Shown here: positions 34,763 through 44,246 of the stretch, piece by piece
How the letters are laid out: every line of letters begins with the position of its first letter
How positions within the stretch are numbered: position 1 is the stretch's first letter
NCBI GenBank assembly: GCA_964364885.1
Contig: CAYIOA010000002.1
Location: 1-54,786 of the forward strand
Length of the DNA: 54,786 nt
Source: Candidatus Woesearchaeota archaeon
GTDB taxonomy: Archaea > Nanobdellota > Nanobdellia > Pacearchaeales > GW2011-AR1
Reading direction: 5' to 3'
The notes under the pieces: model-generated
What the model was told of the DNA's origin: nothing
The model's database searches: none
What the model saw: the letters and a program-made list of their open reading frames with translations, nothing else
Made by a program: the position numbers and the translations under genes

Positions 34763-36643
34763 TTATCCGCTTATTTTCTTTAATTTCTTAAGTGTTTCTT
34801 CCATTTCTTTTTCTCTCTCGCTAATAGCTCTCCCAGCAGGTCTTGTTACTGGAGCTCTTCTTGCAGGCTGAAATATTCTAGGAGAAAAACTTCCAGGAAG
34901 AGCCCTAGGACTTCCAAGGAGGGGTGGTCCGCCAGGAGGAGGCCTCTGCATAGGCGAGGACTTTGCTTTTCCTCTAAACTTAAACCACCAAACTCTAATC
35001 TTATTTCTAAAAACAATTCCGACTAAAACAAGAATTATCAGAATTATCAGAACAATAATAATAATCCTTAAGTTTCCGCTGGATTTAGTCTGCTCTCCGT
35101 CTCCCCCGCTCCCTTCTCCAGGCTCACTTTCTTTTTCTTCCAGCTCGCAAGCTCCTAAACAGCATTCTCCATCAGATGAAGAAACAGTTCCAATAGAGCA
35201 TTTCTCATTGCTTCTGCACACCTGCCCAACAAGTTCAGCGCAGCTATTGCTTATTTCAACAACTTCTTTTGTGCAGCACTTCTCTGCAAAACTAGCGCAA
35301 GCATATCTATCCTCAGGCAGTACATCTCCTCCAGAATCAAGGCACGCAACTAAATTTGGCGCGCAATAATATCCTTCAATCTCGCAATCAGTCAAAATTG
35401 TCGGATCATATATGCCAGGAACATCTCCCCCGCTAATATTCCCATCAGAAACATTAGGAGGATTATCATCTATTGGTTTTGGACCTGGAACTTCATCATC
35501 TCCATCATCGCCTTGCTCACTAGCTCTCAACCATCTAGCTGAATAAATAATAAAAGCTGTATCTCTTATGTTGTTGCTGTTCCAGCATCCGCTTTCCAAT
35601 TGCTGGTCAAACAAATAAGACAAACTATCTTCTGCGCCAGAGGCTTTTCCTCCTCCCAAACCGATCAAACCAAGACTTGTATCATAATATTTATTATAGG
35701 GTGTGTTTGGCATTTCCCAGAACCCTCCAAGTTTTCTGCTTTGAAGTATATCTGTATAATGTTCCAGTCCTTTCCTGCCGCCTATTATATGCCTTAAAAA
35801 TGCGCTCGGAAAGAATTTTTCATTATCAGACGCAAAAGCAAGAAGATATGGAATGTAAATATCAATTTTTTTTCCTTGTGCATACAAAGCAGTTGTTGCC
35901 CACAGGCTCGCTTCATAGTCGCACGAACTTCCCTCTTTAAAGCACTTGGCGCTTATTTTCTGGTTGGTTCTCCCTTTTGCAGCAGACCCGCTTGTTTTAG
36001 CAGAAACATAAATTGTCCCTCCAGAATCTTTCTCATATAAAAAATTCGTCTTAAAATCTTTATCACACGAAACCACATATTCTTTATCGACACAATCAGG
36101 CTTTATTATAAGCCAATATCCTGAAGGGCTAATCTCAAGACAGCTTCCAGCATCTCCGTTCAGTTTCATATCCTGGCCAATAGAGATAGTTCTCTCAGAA
36201 TCTCCATAAAAAATACTGCATTGTGCCTGCTCGTTTTTATCAATCGTTATCTGCAAGTACCATCTCAATTCATTTGTAGTTCCATTTTTCGTATAAAGCC
36301 AGTCAATTGATTTATCAGTATTATTTCCAAGTTTTTTATAAGCGAGAATAGCCTGGGAAGTTTCTTTGATTTTACATCCAGCTTTAGGCCAGCATCCATC
36401 ATTCGCGCTCTTTTGCAATTCTATTGTATCACTAACCTTTTTATTTGGAACTCCTGCCAGAGCAGAGAAACTTGCTTCTTCCAAAGACAAAGAGGAGCTT
36501 TCATTTACTCTTTTATCCAAGCACACTAACGCTCTATTGATATTTTCTGCTTCATTCTCCTGTGCATAAACACCAAAAAGTCCTGCAAACAGTAAAATAA
36601 TAAAACCTAATATAATCCTCTTTTTCATATTATTCAAATGCAA
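34763..36643 (-). CDS. secreted surface protein with alpha/alpha-toroid (prenyltransferase/terpene-cyclase-like) repeats, Cys-rich stalk, TM and Pro-rich tail
   Basis: Signal peptide. Repeats of the type DGCWP...ETSQAILAY, GGFWEMP...DTSLGLIGL and SGCWNS...DTAFIIYS. CAELVGQVCRSNEKCSIGTVSSSDGECCLGACE, then a TM, then a PPPGGPP tail. Confidence 0.65.
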   Translation of the reverse strand: MHLNNMKKRIILGFIILLFAGLFGVYAQENEAENINRALVCLDKRVNESSSLSLEEASFSALAGVPNKKVSDTIELQKSANDGCWPKAGCKIKETSQAILAYKKLGNNTDKSIDWLYTKNGTTNELRWYLQITIDKNEQAQCSIFYGDSERTISIGQDMKLNGDAGSCLEISPSGYWLIIKPDCVDKEYVVSCDKDFKTNFLYEKDSGGTIYVSAKTSGSAAKGRTNQKISAKCFKEGSSCDYEASLWATTALYAQGKKIDIYIPYLLAFASDNEKFFPSAFLRHIIGGRKGLEHYTDILQSRKLGGFWEMPNTPYNKYYDTSLGLIGLGGGKASGAEDSLSYLFDQQLESGCWNSNNIRDTAFIIYSARWLRASEQGDDGDDEVPGPKPIDDNPPNVSDGNISGGDVPGIYDPTILTDCEIEGYYCAPNLVACLDSGGDVLPEDRYACASFAEKCCTKEVVEISNSCAELVGQVCRSNEKCSIGTVSSSDGECCLGACELEEKESEPGEGSGGDGEQTKSSGNLRIIIIVLIILIILVLVGIVFRNKIRVWWFKFRGKAKSSPMQRPPPGGPPLLGSPRALPGSFSPRIFQPARRAPVTRPAGRAISEREKEMEETLKKLKKISG

Positions 36644-36663
36644 TACATATTTAAAAATGTTCT

Positions 36664-38208
36664 CTAGACTATGCGTTTCAAATTTCTCTTAACATCCACC
36701 AATGGATTTTTCGTATCTGGTTTCTTGTCAATCAATCCCAAATCTCGATAAAAGCCGTCATTATCATAATTCGGCGGCAGAATCTTTCTCTTTTGTTTCA
36801 AATGCCATTCAATCTGGCTTCTAATGTACCCTTCTTTCAGAGGAGGCTTATTTTTTTCATTCCACTCTCTAATTCTTTTATTGATTTTATCAGGAGAAAA
36901 ACCCAGATTTCTAAGAAAGGTTATTAATACAAAAAGCCCGCGTTTTTTTCCATCCTCCAAACCATTTAGCAATTTTTTAATAGGTTCTGGAAAAAAACTT
37001 TCATCAACATCATCAAATTTCAACTCTTCATACTTATAATCTTCATATCTTTTTTTCTCAATTTTATCCTCCCGAATATCAACTAGCTTTTTCCATTCAA
37101 CAGCGCTGTTTAAAATCCTGCTTCCCTCTCCAGGATAATTATCTGGCAGAAAATCTTTAATAGCTACTCTAAGAGGATCCGCATGTTTTATCTCAAATTT
37201 GTTTAGTTCATTTTTACTTAAAACAACACTTGCCAAGGCAGTTTTTTCATGCAGAGAATAGGGCATTCTAAACAAATGTCTTGGTGCAACTAAAACCAGG
37301 TCTAAAGATGCAATTTCTTCAGCGTCAATACCCATAACTTTCTCAAAATTTTCAGGATGCCTTTCATAATCCAATTGAAAATTTTTATTATCAGGATCCT
37401 TGCAGTTTTCACAATAATAGTATTCCCGGCTGTCTTCATCATTCAGAATCCCTGCACATGAGGAATTCAGGCATTTCAATCTTCTCTTAGATGTCTTACT
37501 GTCTTTTTTTTCAACTTTCATTCCGCAGACATTACAAACCAAATTAACAATAATTCCATTGATTGCCTTTTTCCCGCAATTTTTACAATAAAATCCAGAA
37601 ATATCTTTTTTAGTCAGTCTAGTCCTTCTTAAAATATCATCCTCACTTAGAATCTTTCCAATCTCTTTATTATAATCTTTCTTTATATAATTCATCAAGT
37701 ACTCTGAAATAGCCCTCGCCCATTCAGGAAACATTTCTTTTGTTTTATAACCTTCATATTCCTCAAGAAAAGCTTTTCCTGAGACAATAATATGGAATCC
37801 CTTGCTTCCCGAGAACTTTACGCCATACCTCTTAATTCCATGCTGCTCAAGAGCCTCAATAATCAAGCGAGTAGCAATCTTCGAGCAGTCAAGAAATGGA
37901 GAATCCACATCAATCAGCAGATCCCAGGATTTTCTTAAGCTATTAGATTCGCCGACTGTCATCTCAGAATCTAGCTTGAATACATCCTCCCATAATTCTT
38001 CAGAAGCATGAAAAGAAGTTGCTCCTTTTCTCACAAGTCCAATCACATCAGACTCATATTGAATACTATCTGGCCTTTTCCCAAACTGCTCAAAATACCT
38101 CGGCACAACCTCCCTGTTTTTAGAAAAATCAACAATACTCTCTTGTAGTTTCTTATTTGAATAATACAAATTAGTTATTGCTCTAATCCTCTTTTCCTTT
38201 TCTTCCAT
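36664..38208 (-). CDS. priS: DNA primase catalytic subunit PriS with Zn-ribbon insert and PriCT-like C-terminal helical domain
   Basis: AEP motifs WDLLIDVDS and FSGSKGFHII. CKNCG...CNVCG insert. C-terminal DGKKRGLFVLITFLRNLGFSPDKI...W segment resembling PriCT or helix-bundle primase domains. Confidence 0.78.
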   Translation of the reverse strand: MEEKEKRIRAITNLYYSNKKLQESIVDFSKNREVVPRYFEQFGKRPDSIQYESDVIGLVRKGATSFHASEELWEDVFKLDSEMTVGESNSLRKSWDLLIDVDSPFLDCSKIATRLIIEALEQHGIKRYGVKFSGSKGFHIIVSGKAFLEEYEGYKTKEMFPEWARAISEYLMNYIKKDYNKEIGKILSEDDILRRTRLTKKDISGFYCKNCGKKAINGIIVNLVCNVCGMKVEKKDSKTSKRRLKCLNSSCAGILNDEDSREYYYCENCKDPDNKNFQLDYERHPENFEKVMGIDAEEIASLDLVLVAPRHLFRMPYSLHEKTALASVVLSKNELNKFEIKHADPLRVAIKDFLPDNYPGEGSRILNSAVEWKKLVDIREDKIEKKRYEDYKYEELKFDDVDESFFPEPIKKLLNGLEDGKKRGLFVLITFLRNLGFSPDKINKRIREWNEKNKPPLKEGYIRSQIEWHLKQKRKILPPNYDNDGFYRDLGLIDKKPDTKNPLVDVKRNLKRIV

Positions 38209-38309
38209 ATTCTATAAAAGTAGAATTCTTTATATGGTTTATTATACACCAGGCGAACATATATCCAAGGTATACAAATCTTTAAAAGTTAAAACATCCG
38301 TCTAAGAAA

Positions 38310-39038
38310 ATGTTGTTAAAACTAGAGAACCCAAGAATCTTTTCAGATATAATAACCATTATTTCAGAGCTAGTTACAGAAGTAAGAATAAAAGTTGTTT
38401 CTGATGGCATAAGTCTGACAGCTATAGATCCTGCGAATGTAGCAATGGTTTATTTTAAAATACCCTCTGCTCTTTTTTCAGAGTTTAATCTTGATAAAGA
38501 GGAAGAGTTAGGAGTTAACTTAGACAGTTTAAAAGCGGTTTTAAGAAGATGCAAGCCAGGCACTTCTCTAACTTTAGAGAGAAAGGAGAACACCCTCCGC
38601 CTGGGAGTCTACGACAGAATAAGGAGAGACTTCTCTTTAGCTTTAATTGAGATAGATGCAGAAGAAAAGCCTCTTCCACAATGGGAATTCAACTCAGTTA
38701 TTCACATGAATTCAGAGTCCCTGCTTGAAGTAATAGAAGACTGTGCAGTTGTTTCAGATGCATGCACATTTATCGCTGAGCCGAATAAATTTGTTGCAGA
38801 AGCACATGGACTAAATTCAGCAAGTATAGAATTCTCTTCAGATGAAATTGAAATACACTCCGGAAATAGTTCTGCCCGCTATTCCTTGGAGTATTTGGCA
38901 AAATTCGCAAAGGGAGCCAAGATCTCTTCAAGAGCAACTTTAAGCTTTTCAGATAGTCATCCTCTGAGGTTAGACTTCCATACCGGCCAAGTCGTGCTTT
39001 CTTTTGTTCTCGCGCCGCGAATCGAGCAGGAAGATTAA
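38310..39038 (+). CDS. pcn: DNA polymerase sliding clamp PCNA
   Basis: 242 aa. N-terminal FSDIITIISELVTEVRIKVVSDGISLTAIDPANVAMV typical of archaeal PCNA. Divergent from the primase gene. Confidence 0.9.
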   Translation: MLLKLENPRIFSDIITIISELVTEVRIKVVSDGISLTAIDPANVAMVYFKIPSALFSEFNLDKEEELGVNLDSLKAVLRRCKPGTSLTLERKENTLRLGVYDRIRRDFSLALIEIDAEEKPLPQWEFNSVIHMNSESLLEVIEDCAVVSDACTFIAEPNKFVAEAHGLNSASIEFSSDEIEIHSGNSSARYSLEYLAKFAKGAKISSRATLSFSDSHPLRLDFHTGQVVLSFVLAPRIEQED

Positions 39039-39074
39039 GATTATATACAAATATCTCAGACACCAGGATAAAAC

Positions 39075-39278
39075 ATGGTAGAAGAAGATCTAGAAGAAAA
39101 AACAAAAAGAGTAGAAAAAGGAGAAGTAATATCTTCAGGGAAGTACACGGGGCAGGTAAGTTCAGGATTCTATTGCGATGTCTGCAGGGAACCAATACCT
39201 AAAAGGAGAATAGGTCGATGGGCCAATTCCAGCTATTGTAGCAAGGAATGCCGAGACAAGGATGATATTTGTATTTAA
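39075..39278 (+). CDS. small TRASH/zf-FCS-like zinc-finger protein
   Basis: 67 aa with CDVC-x17-CSKEC. Confidence 0.4.
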   Translation: MVEEDLEEKTKRVEKGEVISSGKYTGQVSSGFYCDVCREPIPKRRIGRWANSSYCSKECRDKDDICI

Positions 39279-39395
39279 CATCAGTGGTGATGTCTAATCT
39301 TCGGTTGTTTTAACCATTTCTTGCTCTCCTGTCGCTTTCGGCTGGTGTTTGATTATCCACTGCAAGTTTAAATAATCAGAGAACAATAGAGATTA

Positions 39396-39755
39396 ATGGA
39401 TAAAAGAGGGCAATTTGGTTTTAATTCAATAAGAATTCCCCCTGTCAAATTAAGACCTATAAAGTTTAGCAATCCTCTAATAAGAAAAAACATTAAGGAG
39501 AAAGGCAGGGCTTTCGAGTTAAAAGTTAGAAAAGCATTAAGAGCTAAGGGATATACTGTTTCTAAAGCGAAATCAAGGCACTATGACTGGTTAGCAAAGA
39601 AAGGAAACAAAACTTATCTTGTTGAATGTAAATGCACAACTGCCAGACCTTCGTTACACCAAGTAAGACTTCTTGTTAAATCAGTAAAAGGAAAACAACC
39701 CTATATTCTTGCAACAAAAACAAATACTGGTAGAATTAAATTAGATTTTTATTAA
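39396..39755 (+). CDS. small PD-(D/E)XK nuclease-fold protein (Hjc/restriction-endonuclease-like)
   Basis: GRAFELKVRKALRAKGYTV...YDWLAKKGNKTYLVECKCT gives the E...D...ExK arrangement seen in Hjc-type resolvases. The length and tails are atypical. Confidence 0.45.
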   Translation: MDKRGQFGFNSIRIPPVKLRPIKFSNPLIRKNIKEKGRAFELKVRKALRAKGYTVSKAKSRHYDWLAKKGNKTYLVECKCTTARPSLHQVRLLVKSVKGKQPYILATKTNTGRIKLDFY

Positions 39756-39921
39756 ATATTCCAAGTCCTTTCTTTTGCGGTAATTTCTTTATATATAATA
39801 TTTGAAGAAATTAGTTTATACTAAATATTAGCGTCACAATACACAGTACATAAATGCTATAATTCTAAAATATACTATTTAGAAGACAAATTCCTTTTAA
39901 GTCGTGAAAAAGGTAAGATTT

Positions 39922-40146
39922 ATGGAAGACTTTTTTATTTGGGTTTCTATATGGGCTGTTTTAATTTTAGCCATCTGGGTTATAATTGGGATGTTATGGA
40001 GATTTATAAGAAATTTTTTTCATAATAATTATTCCTTTTTCGATATATCTTTTATCCTATCTTATTTTATCCAACAATTTATTCTTATTCTTCTTTTACA
40101 ATATAATCCGCAAAGAATAGTTTTATGGGTTGGTTTATTGCTCTGA
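39922..40146 (+). CDS. hypothetical small membrane protein
   Basis: Two hydrophobic segments in a very AT-rich context. The track start at 39904 is GTG. Confidence 0.3.
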   Translation: MEDFFIWVSIWAVLILAIWVIIGMLWRFIRNFFHNNYSFFDISFILSYFIQQFILILLLQYNPQRIVLWVGLLL

Positions 40147-40352
40147 TAGTTGTGACAACAGCAGCATTACAAAAGTTGACTATGGACAGTAGAGATAGAG
40201 AGCTTAGAGATTTATATACTATCGAAAGACATATAAAAGAGGAAACTGAAGGATTTAACTACTCTCTTCTTGAAGAAAACGAAGGGCTAAAAAAACAAAT
40301 AAAAAAACTTTCTGATTATATAATAAAAAATAATATCAAGTTAAAGAAGTAG
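40125..40352 (+). CDS. hypothetical TM plus coiled-coil protein
   Basis: 75 aa: an N-terminal TM then a charged helix. Confidence 0.3.
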   Translation: MGWFIALIVVTTAALQKLTMDSRDRELRDLYTIERHIKEETEGFNYSLLEENEGLKKQIKKLSDYIIKNNIKLKK

Positions 40353-40511
40353 AGATATTCTTCTCTCAACTTCCTTGCTTTTCTTTTTCATTCTTTTCAA
40401 CTGTTCTTTTATATGTTCGTTATTGACATCACTTTTCTTAATCAACAACTCGCTTTGTTTTAGCAACTCCTCAACGCTTAACTCAGAATTAATTTGAATT
40501 TGTTTTGCCAT
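40341..40511 (-). CDS. possible 56-aa helical protein
   Basis: Hand translation: MAKQIQINSELSVEELLKQSELLIKKSDVNNEHIKEQLKRMKKKSKEVERRISLLL. No motif recognised. Confidence 0.2.
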   Translation of the reverse strand: MAKQIQINSELSVEELLKQSELLIKKSDVNNEHIKEQLKRMKKKSKEVERRISLLL

Positions 40512-40740
40512 TTTCTTCTTACTATTTTTATCTATATAACTATATGTACTTATATTTATATATTTTGGATGTATTTTTAACTATTTCAACAATCTAAAGT
40601 TCAATGACAAAACATCTTTTAATCAAAAACAAACCACAAAAACCTTTAAAAACCCAAAAAACACTTTCTTCTAAGAATCTAATAGAATAATCACGTAAAT
40701 AAACAAAGTGGAGTTGCACTTTACTCAATGATAATAAGAA

Positions 40741-41679
40741 ATGTCGAAGTTAAGCCGTCCGAGAAGTGGAAGCTTGCAGTTTTATCCTCGCAAGCGAGCA
40801 GCTAAAGTTTTGCATAGTGTAAACTGGGCTCCTGTAAAAGGTGAAGGCATTCTTGGTTTTATTGTTTACAAAGTTGGCATGGCCACTGCAATTGTCCGGG
40901 ACCAAGCGGAAAAATCAATGAGTTATAAAAAACAGATAGCTATTCCAGTTACAGTTCTCGAAGCGCCGAATATGAAAATTTATTCAGTTAGGTTTTATAA
41001 AAACAACAGGATAATAAAAGAATTAGCTGTCTCAAATGATAAAGAATTAAAAAGAAAATTAAGAGCTCCTAAACAGCAAAAATCTCTATCTGAAATACCT
41101 CAGGATTATGATGACATTAAAATTATTGTTTATTCAATTCCAAAACAAACAACTATAAAAAAAACCCCGGATATATTGGAAATAGCCATCTCATCAGAAA
41201 GTAAATTAGATTTTGTTAAAGAGTTCATTGGAAAAGAGATATCTCTCTCAGATTTTCTAAAATACAAGATTCTTGACATCCGCGGTGTGACAATAGGCAA
41301 GGGATTCCAAGGGCCAGTAAAAAGATTCGGAATAACTTTGAAACAGCATAAATCCGAAAAAGGAATTCGCCGCCCAGGAAGTCTCGGCCCATGGCATCCA
41401 GCCCGCGTTACATTCAGAACGCCAATGGCCGGCCAGTTAGGCTTCTTCTCAAGAATTACATATAATTCAAATCTCATCGCCTCAGGAAAGATCTCAGAAA
41501 AAAACATAAACCCTCCAACAGGATTTAAAAATTATGGAAATATAAAAACCTCTTATTTGATTGTTAAAGGTTCTGTTCAAGGTCCGGCAAAGCGCCCTCT
41601 TTTAATAACTCCTCCATTTAGGCCGTCAAAAACTCAGCTCAAAAAGAAATATGAATTTGTAGAGGTTTTAACAAAATGA
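40741..41679 (+). CDS. rpl3: 50S ribosomal protein uL3
   Basis: PRSGSLQFYPRKRA N-terminus and the W...GKGFQG motif. Confidence 0.93.
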   Translation: MSKLSRPRSGSLQFYPRKRAAKVLHSVNWAPVKGEGILGFIVYKVGMATAIVRDQAEKSMSYKKQIAIPVTVLEAPNMKIYSVRFYKNNRIIKELAVSNDKELKRKLRAPKQQKSLSEIPQDYDDIKIIVYSIPKQTTIKKTPDILEIAISSESKLDFVKEFIGKEISLSDFLKYKILDIRGVTIGKGFQGPVKRFGITLKQHKSEKGIRRPGSLGPWHPARVTFRTPMAGQLGFFSRITYNSNLIASGKISEKNINPPTGFKNYGNIKTSYLIVKGSVQGPAKRPLLITPPFRPSKTQLKKKYEFVEVLTK

Positions 41680-42443
41680 AGGTGCAATTATTTAATCAAG
41701 ATGGCTCCAAACAAGGTCAGGTAGAACTCCCAGAAATTTTTAACATAACGATAAGAGAAGACATAGTTGCAAAATATCTCGAGGCAGCTAAATCATCCCA
41801 GCCGTATTCTCCAAATACGTATGCGGGAAAAAAATATTCTGCTTCAGGAAGAATAAGCCACAGAAGGCATACTTGGGGAGGGCATTATGGAAAAGGAATC
41901 TCAAGAGTTCCAAGAAAAACAATGTGGCGTCGTGGAACACAATTTTATTGGGTAGGTGCAACAGTCTCTAGCACAAGAGGAGGAAGAAGAGCCCATCCTC
42001 CTAAAATAAACTCACAGATAAAAAAAATAAACAAGAAGGAAATTAAAATAGCCATGTATTCTGCCATTGCAGCCACAGCAAGCCAGGATTATGTAAAAAA
42101 GAGATATGAAACAATAAAAACTCTATCAACAGCACCGATAATAATTGAATCTCTCCCAAAAAAAACAAAAGAGTTGAAAAGCGCTTTAAAAATAATATTA
42201 GGAGAAAATTTTGCTCATGCTTTCAAACAGAAATCAATACGCCCAGGCAAAGGAAAAATGCGCGGTAGAAAATACAAATCCAATGCAGGAGTGCTCTTTA
42301 TAATATCCTCAAAAGAAAAAACAAAAATGCGCGGTCTTGAGATTAGAACACCAAAAGAATTAACAGTTCAGGATTTATACCCTCTTGGCAGACTAACACT
42401 CTTCACAAAAAGCTCATTGGAGGAATTAGAAAATGTTGCTTAA
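41676..42443 (+). CDS. rpl4: 50S ribosomal protein uL4
   Basis: Operon position. GRISHRRHTWGG / GGRRAHPPK motifs. Confidence 0.9.
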   Translation: MKVQLFNQDGSKQGQVELPEIFNITIREDIVAKYLEAAKSSQPYSPNTYAGKKYSASGRISHRRHTWGGHYGKGISRVPRKTMWRRGTQFYWVGATVSSTRGGRRAHPPKINSQIKKINKKEIKIAMYSAIAATASQDYVKKRYETIKTLSTAPIIIESLPKKTKELKSALKIILGENFAHAFKQKSIRPGKGKMRGRKYKSNAGVLFIISSKEKTKMRGLEIRTPKELTVQDLYPLGRLTLFTKSSLEELENVA

Positions 42444-42675
42444 GCCAATAACCTCGGAAAAAGCAGTAAAACTAATAGACATAGAGAACACTCTAACCTT
42501 CACATGCGGAAGAAAAGAATCAAAAACAGATATCAAAAAAGAAATCGAGAAAATTTTTTCAGTCAAAATAGAAAAGATAAGAACTTCAATTAGGCAGAAC
42601 AAAAAATATGCATACATAAAGCTAAAAAAGGAGAATCCTGCGATTGATATAGCAACTAAGCTGGGAATGATATAA
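42433..42675 (+). CDS. rpl23: 50S ribosomal protein uL23
   Basis: 80 aa. Operon position. TSEKAVKLIDIENTLTF motif. Confidence 0.88.
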   Translation: MLLKPITSEKAVKLIDIENTLTFTCGRKESKTDIKKEIEKIFSVKIEKIRTSIRQNKKYAYIKLKKENPAIDIATKLGMI

Positions 42676-43368
42676 ATGGGAAAAAGAATAATTCAACAAG
42701 CGCGTGGAAAGGGAAGTTTAAGTTATAGGGCTAAAAAAAGCGCTTTTAATTACAGAATTTCTTATCCAGCTAATTCAGGAGAAGCTGAAATCATAAACCT
42801 TATTCATTCAGCAGGCCATACAGCTCCGCTTGCAAAATTAAAAATCAACAGCGAAATATTTTTTATACCAGCATTTAATCATGCCTTTATAGGCCAAAAA
42901 ATTCTAGTAGGAAAAGAGCCAAAAGAAGGGAATATAACCTTCCTAAAAAATATTCTCCCGGGCACGCAAATTTTTAATATAGAAAATAATCCTGGCGACG
43001 GTGGAAAGATAATGCGCTCAGCTGGAACATCAGCCATACTCCTAAAAACGCAGGGCAATAATTCAACAATACTTCTGCCGAATAAAAGAGAAATCATTGT
43101 TAATGAAAATTGCAGAGCAACAATCGGAAGAGTTGCAGGTACAGGCAGAATATTAAAGCCGTTTATTGGCGCAGGAGGGAAATTTTACAAGATGAAATCG
43201 CGAAATAAGCTTTGGCCAAGAACATCCGCAGTCAAATTCAACGCAGTAGACCATCCCTTCGGTTCTGGAAGAGGTAAAAGAATAAAGTCAAAAATAGCAA
43301 AAAGAAACGCTCCGCCAGGAAGCAAGGTGGGTCATATTAGACCAAGACGAACAGGTAGAAGAAGATAA
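42676..43368 (+). CDS. rpl2: 50S ribosomal protein uL2
   Basis: GDGGKIMRSAGTSA and NAVDHPFGSGRGK motifs. Confidence 0.93.
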   Translation: MGKRIIQQARGKGSLSYRAKKSAFNYRISYPANSGEAEIINLIHSAGHTAPLAKLKINSEIFFIPAFNHAFIGQKILVGKEPKEGNITFLKNILPGTQIFNIENNPGDGGKIMRSAGTSAILLKTQGNNSTILLPNKREIIVNENCRATIGRVAGTGRILKPFIGAGGKFYKMKSRNKLWPRTSAVKFNAVDHPFGSGRGKRIKSKIAKRNAPPGSKVGHIRPRRTGRRR

Positions 43369-43369
43369 A

Positions 43370-43780
43370 ATGAAATCACATAATAGCCAAGAAGTAAAAG
43401 GAAAGGAAATATTATACAGGGGAAAAGATATAGAATTCCTAAAGCAGCTGGATGTAAGAGAATCAGCAAAATATCTTCCTTCAAGAAGCAGAAGAACAGT
43501 TCTTAGAAATTTCGACAAAATAGAAAGATTCATAAAACGCTGCGAAAAAAAGTTATCCCGGAATAAGAAGCTAAAAACACATAGCAGGGACCTGGTAATA
43601 GTGCCTAAATTAGTTGGTTTGACAATCGCAGTTTATAACGGGAAGCATTTTCAGGAAGTTGTAGTCTCTTCAGAGATGATAGGGCATAGATTAGGGGAAT
43701 TCTCTCCAACAAGATCAAAAATTGTTCATGGTAGCGCAGGCATAGGAGCGACAAAGAGTTCGCGTGCGCAAAAGAAATAA
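43370..43780 (+). CDS. rps19: 30S ribosomal protein uS19
   Basis: VYNGKHFQEVVVSSEMIGHRLGEFSPTR motif. Confidence 0.92.
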   Translation: MKSHNSQEVKGKEILYRGKDIEFLKQLDVRESAKYLPSRSRRTVLRNFDKIERFIKRCEKKLSRNKKLKTHSRDLVIVPKLVGLTIAVYNGKHFQEVVVSSEMIGHRLGEFSPTRSKIVHGSAGIGATKSSRAQKK

Positions 43781-43781
43781 A

Positions 43782-44246
43782 ATGGCAGAAGAAACAAAAC
43801 CAGAAGAGCACGCAAAAGAAAAGAAGCTTGTAAATAGAAAAGCAAAGAAAAAGGAAGCAATTGCCAGAGGTGCGTCTCTGCCTATCTCAAAAAAACATAG
43901 CATCTATCTATGTCGTTTTATCAAAAATAAAGATATTAATTCAGCAATAAAAAAATTAGAAGGAGTTTCTAAATTCAAGGAAGCAGTGCCATTTAAAGGA
44001 GAGATTCCGCATAGGAAGGGAATGATGTCTGGGCGTTATCCTATAAATGCCTCGATACAATTTATTAGCCTCCTAAAAGGGTTGAGGGGAAATTCTATTA
44101 CCAATGGATTAGATTTAGAAAAAACCAGAATATATTTTGCTTCAGCAACTTGGGCTTCTCGTCCAGCAAGAAGCGGGGGAAGGCATGCAAAAAGAACAAA
44201 TGTTATATTAAAGGCAAAAGAATTTGTAGCCAAGGAAGAATTATAA
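43782..44246 (+). CDS. rpl22: 50S ribosomal protein uL22
   Basis: ARGASLPISKKHSIYLCRFIKNK motif. Start taken at ATG 43782, right after the uS19 stop. Confidence 0.9.
   Translation: MAEETKPEEHAKEKKLVNRKAKKKEAIARGASLPISKKHSIYLCRFIKNKDINSAIKKLEGVSKFKEAVPFKGEIPHRKGMMSGRYPINASIQFISLLKGLRGNSITNGLDLEKTRIYFASATWASRPARSGGRHAKRTNVILKAKEFVAKEEL

Noticed and set aside
39282-39362. Possible C/D-box-like or K-turn small RNA: terminal stem CAGTGG/CCACTG with TGATGT after the 5' arm and TTGA near the 3' arm
   Set aside because: There is no proper D box (CUGA) adjacent to the stem and no internal C'/D' boxes, and a 6-bp stem can arise by chance. It may just be the promoter or UTR of the downstream nuclease gene. 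Worth a covariance scan only.
40660-40740. Small hairpin AAAGTG-gagttg-CACTTT upstream of rpl3, considered as an r-protein autoregulatory leader
   Set aside because: It is only a 6-bp A/T-rich stem with no recognisable mimic of an rRNA binding site. That is insufficient evidence.
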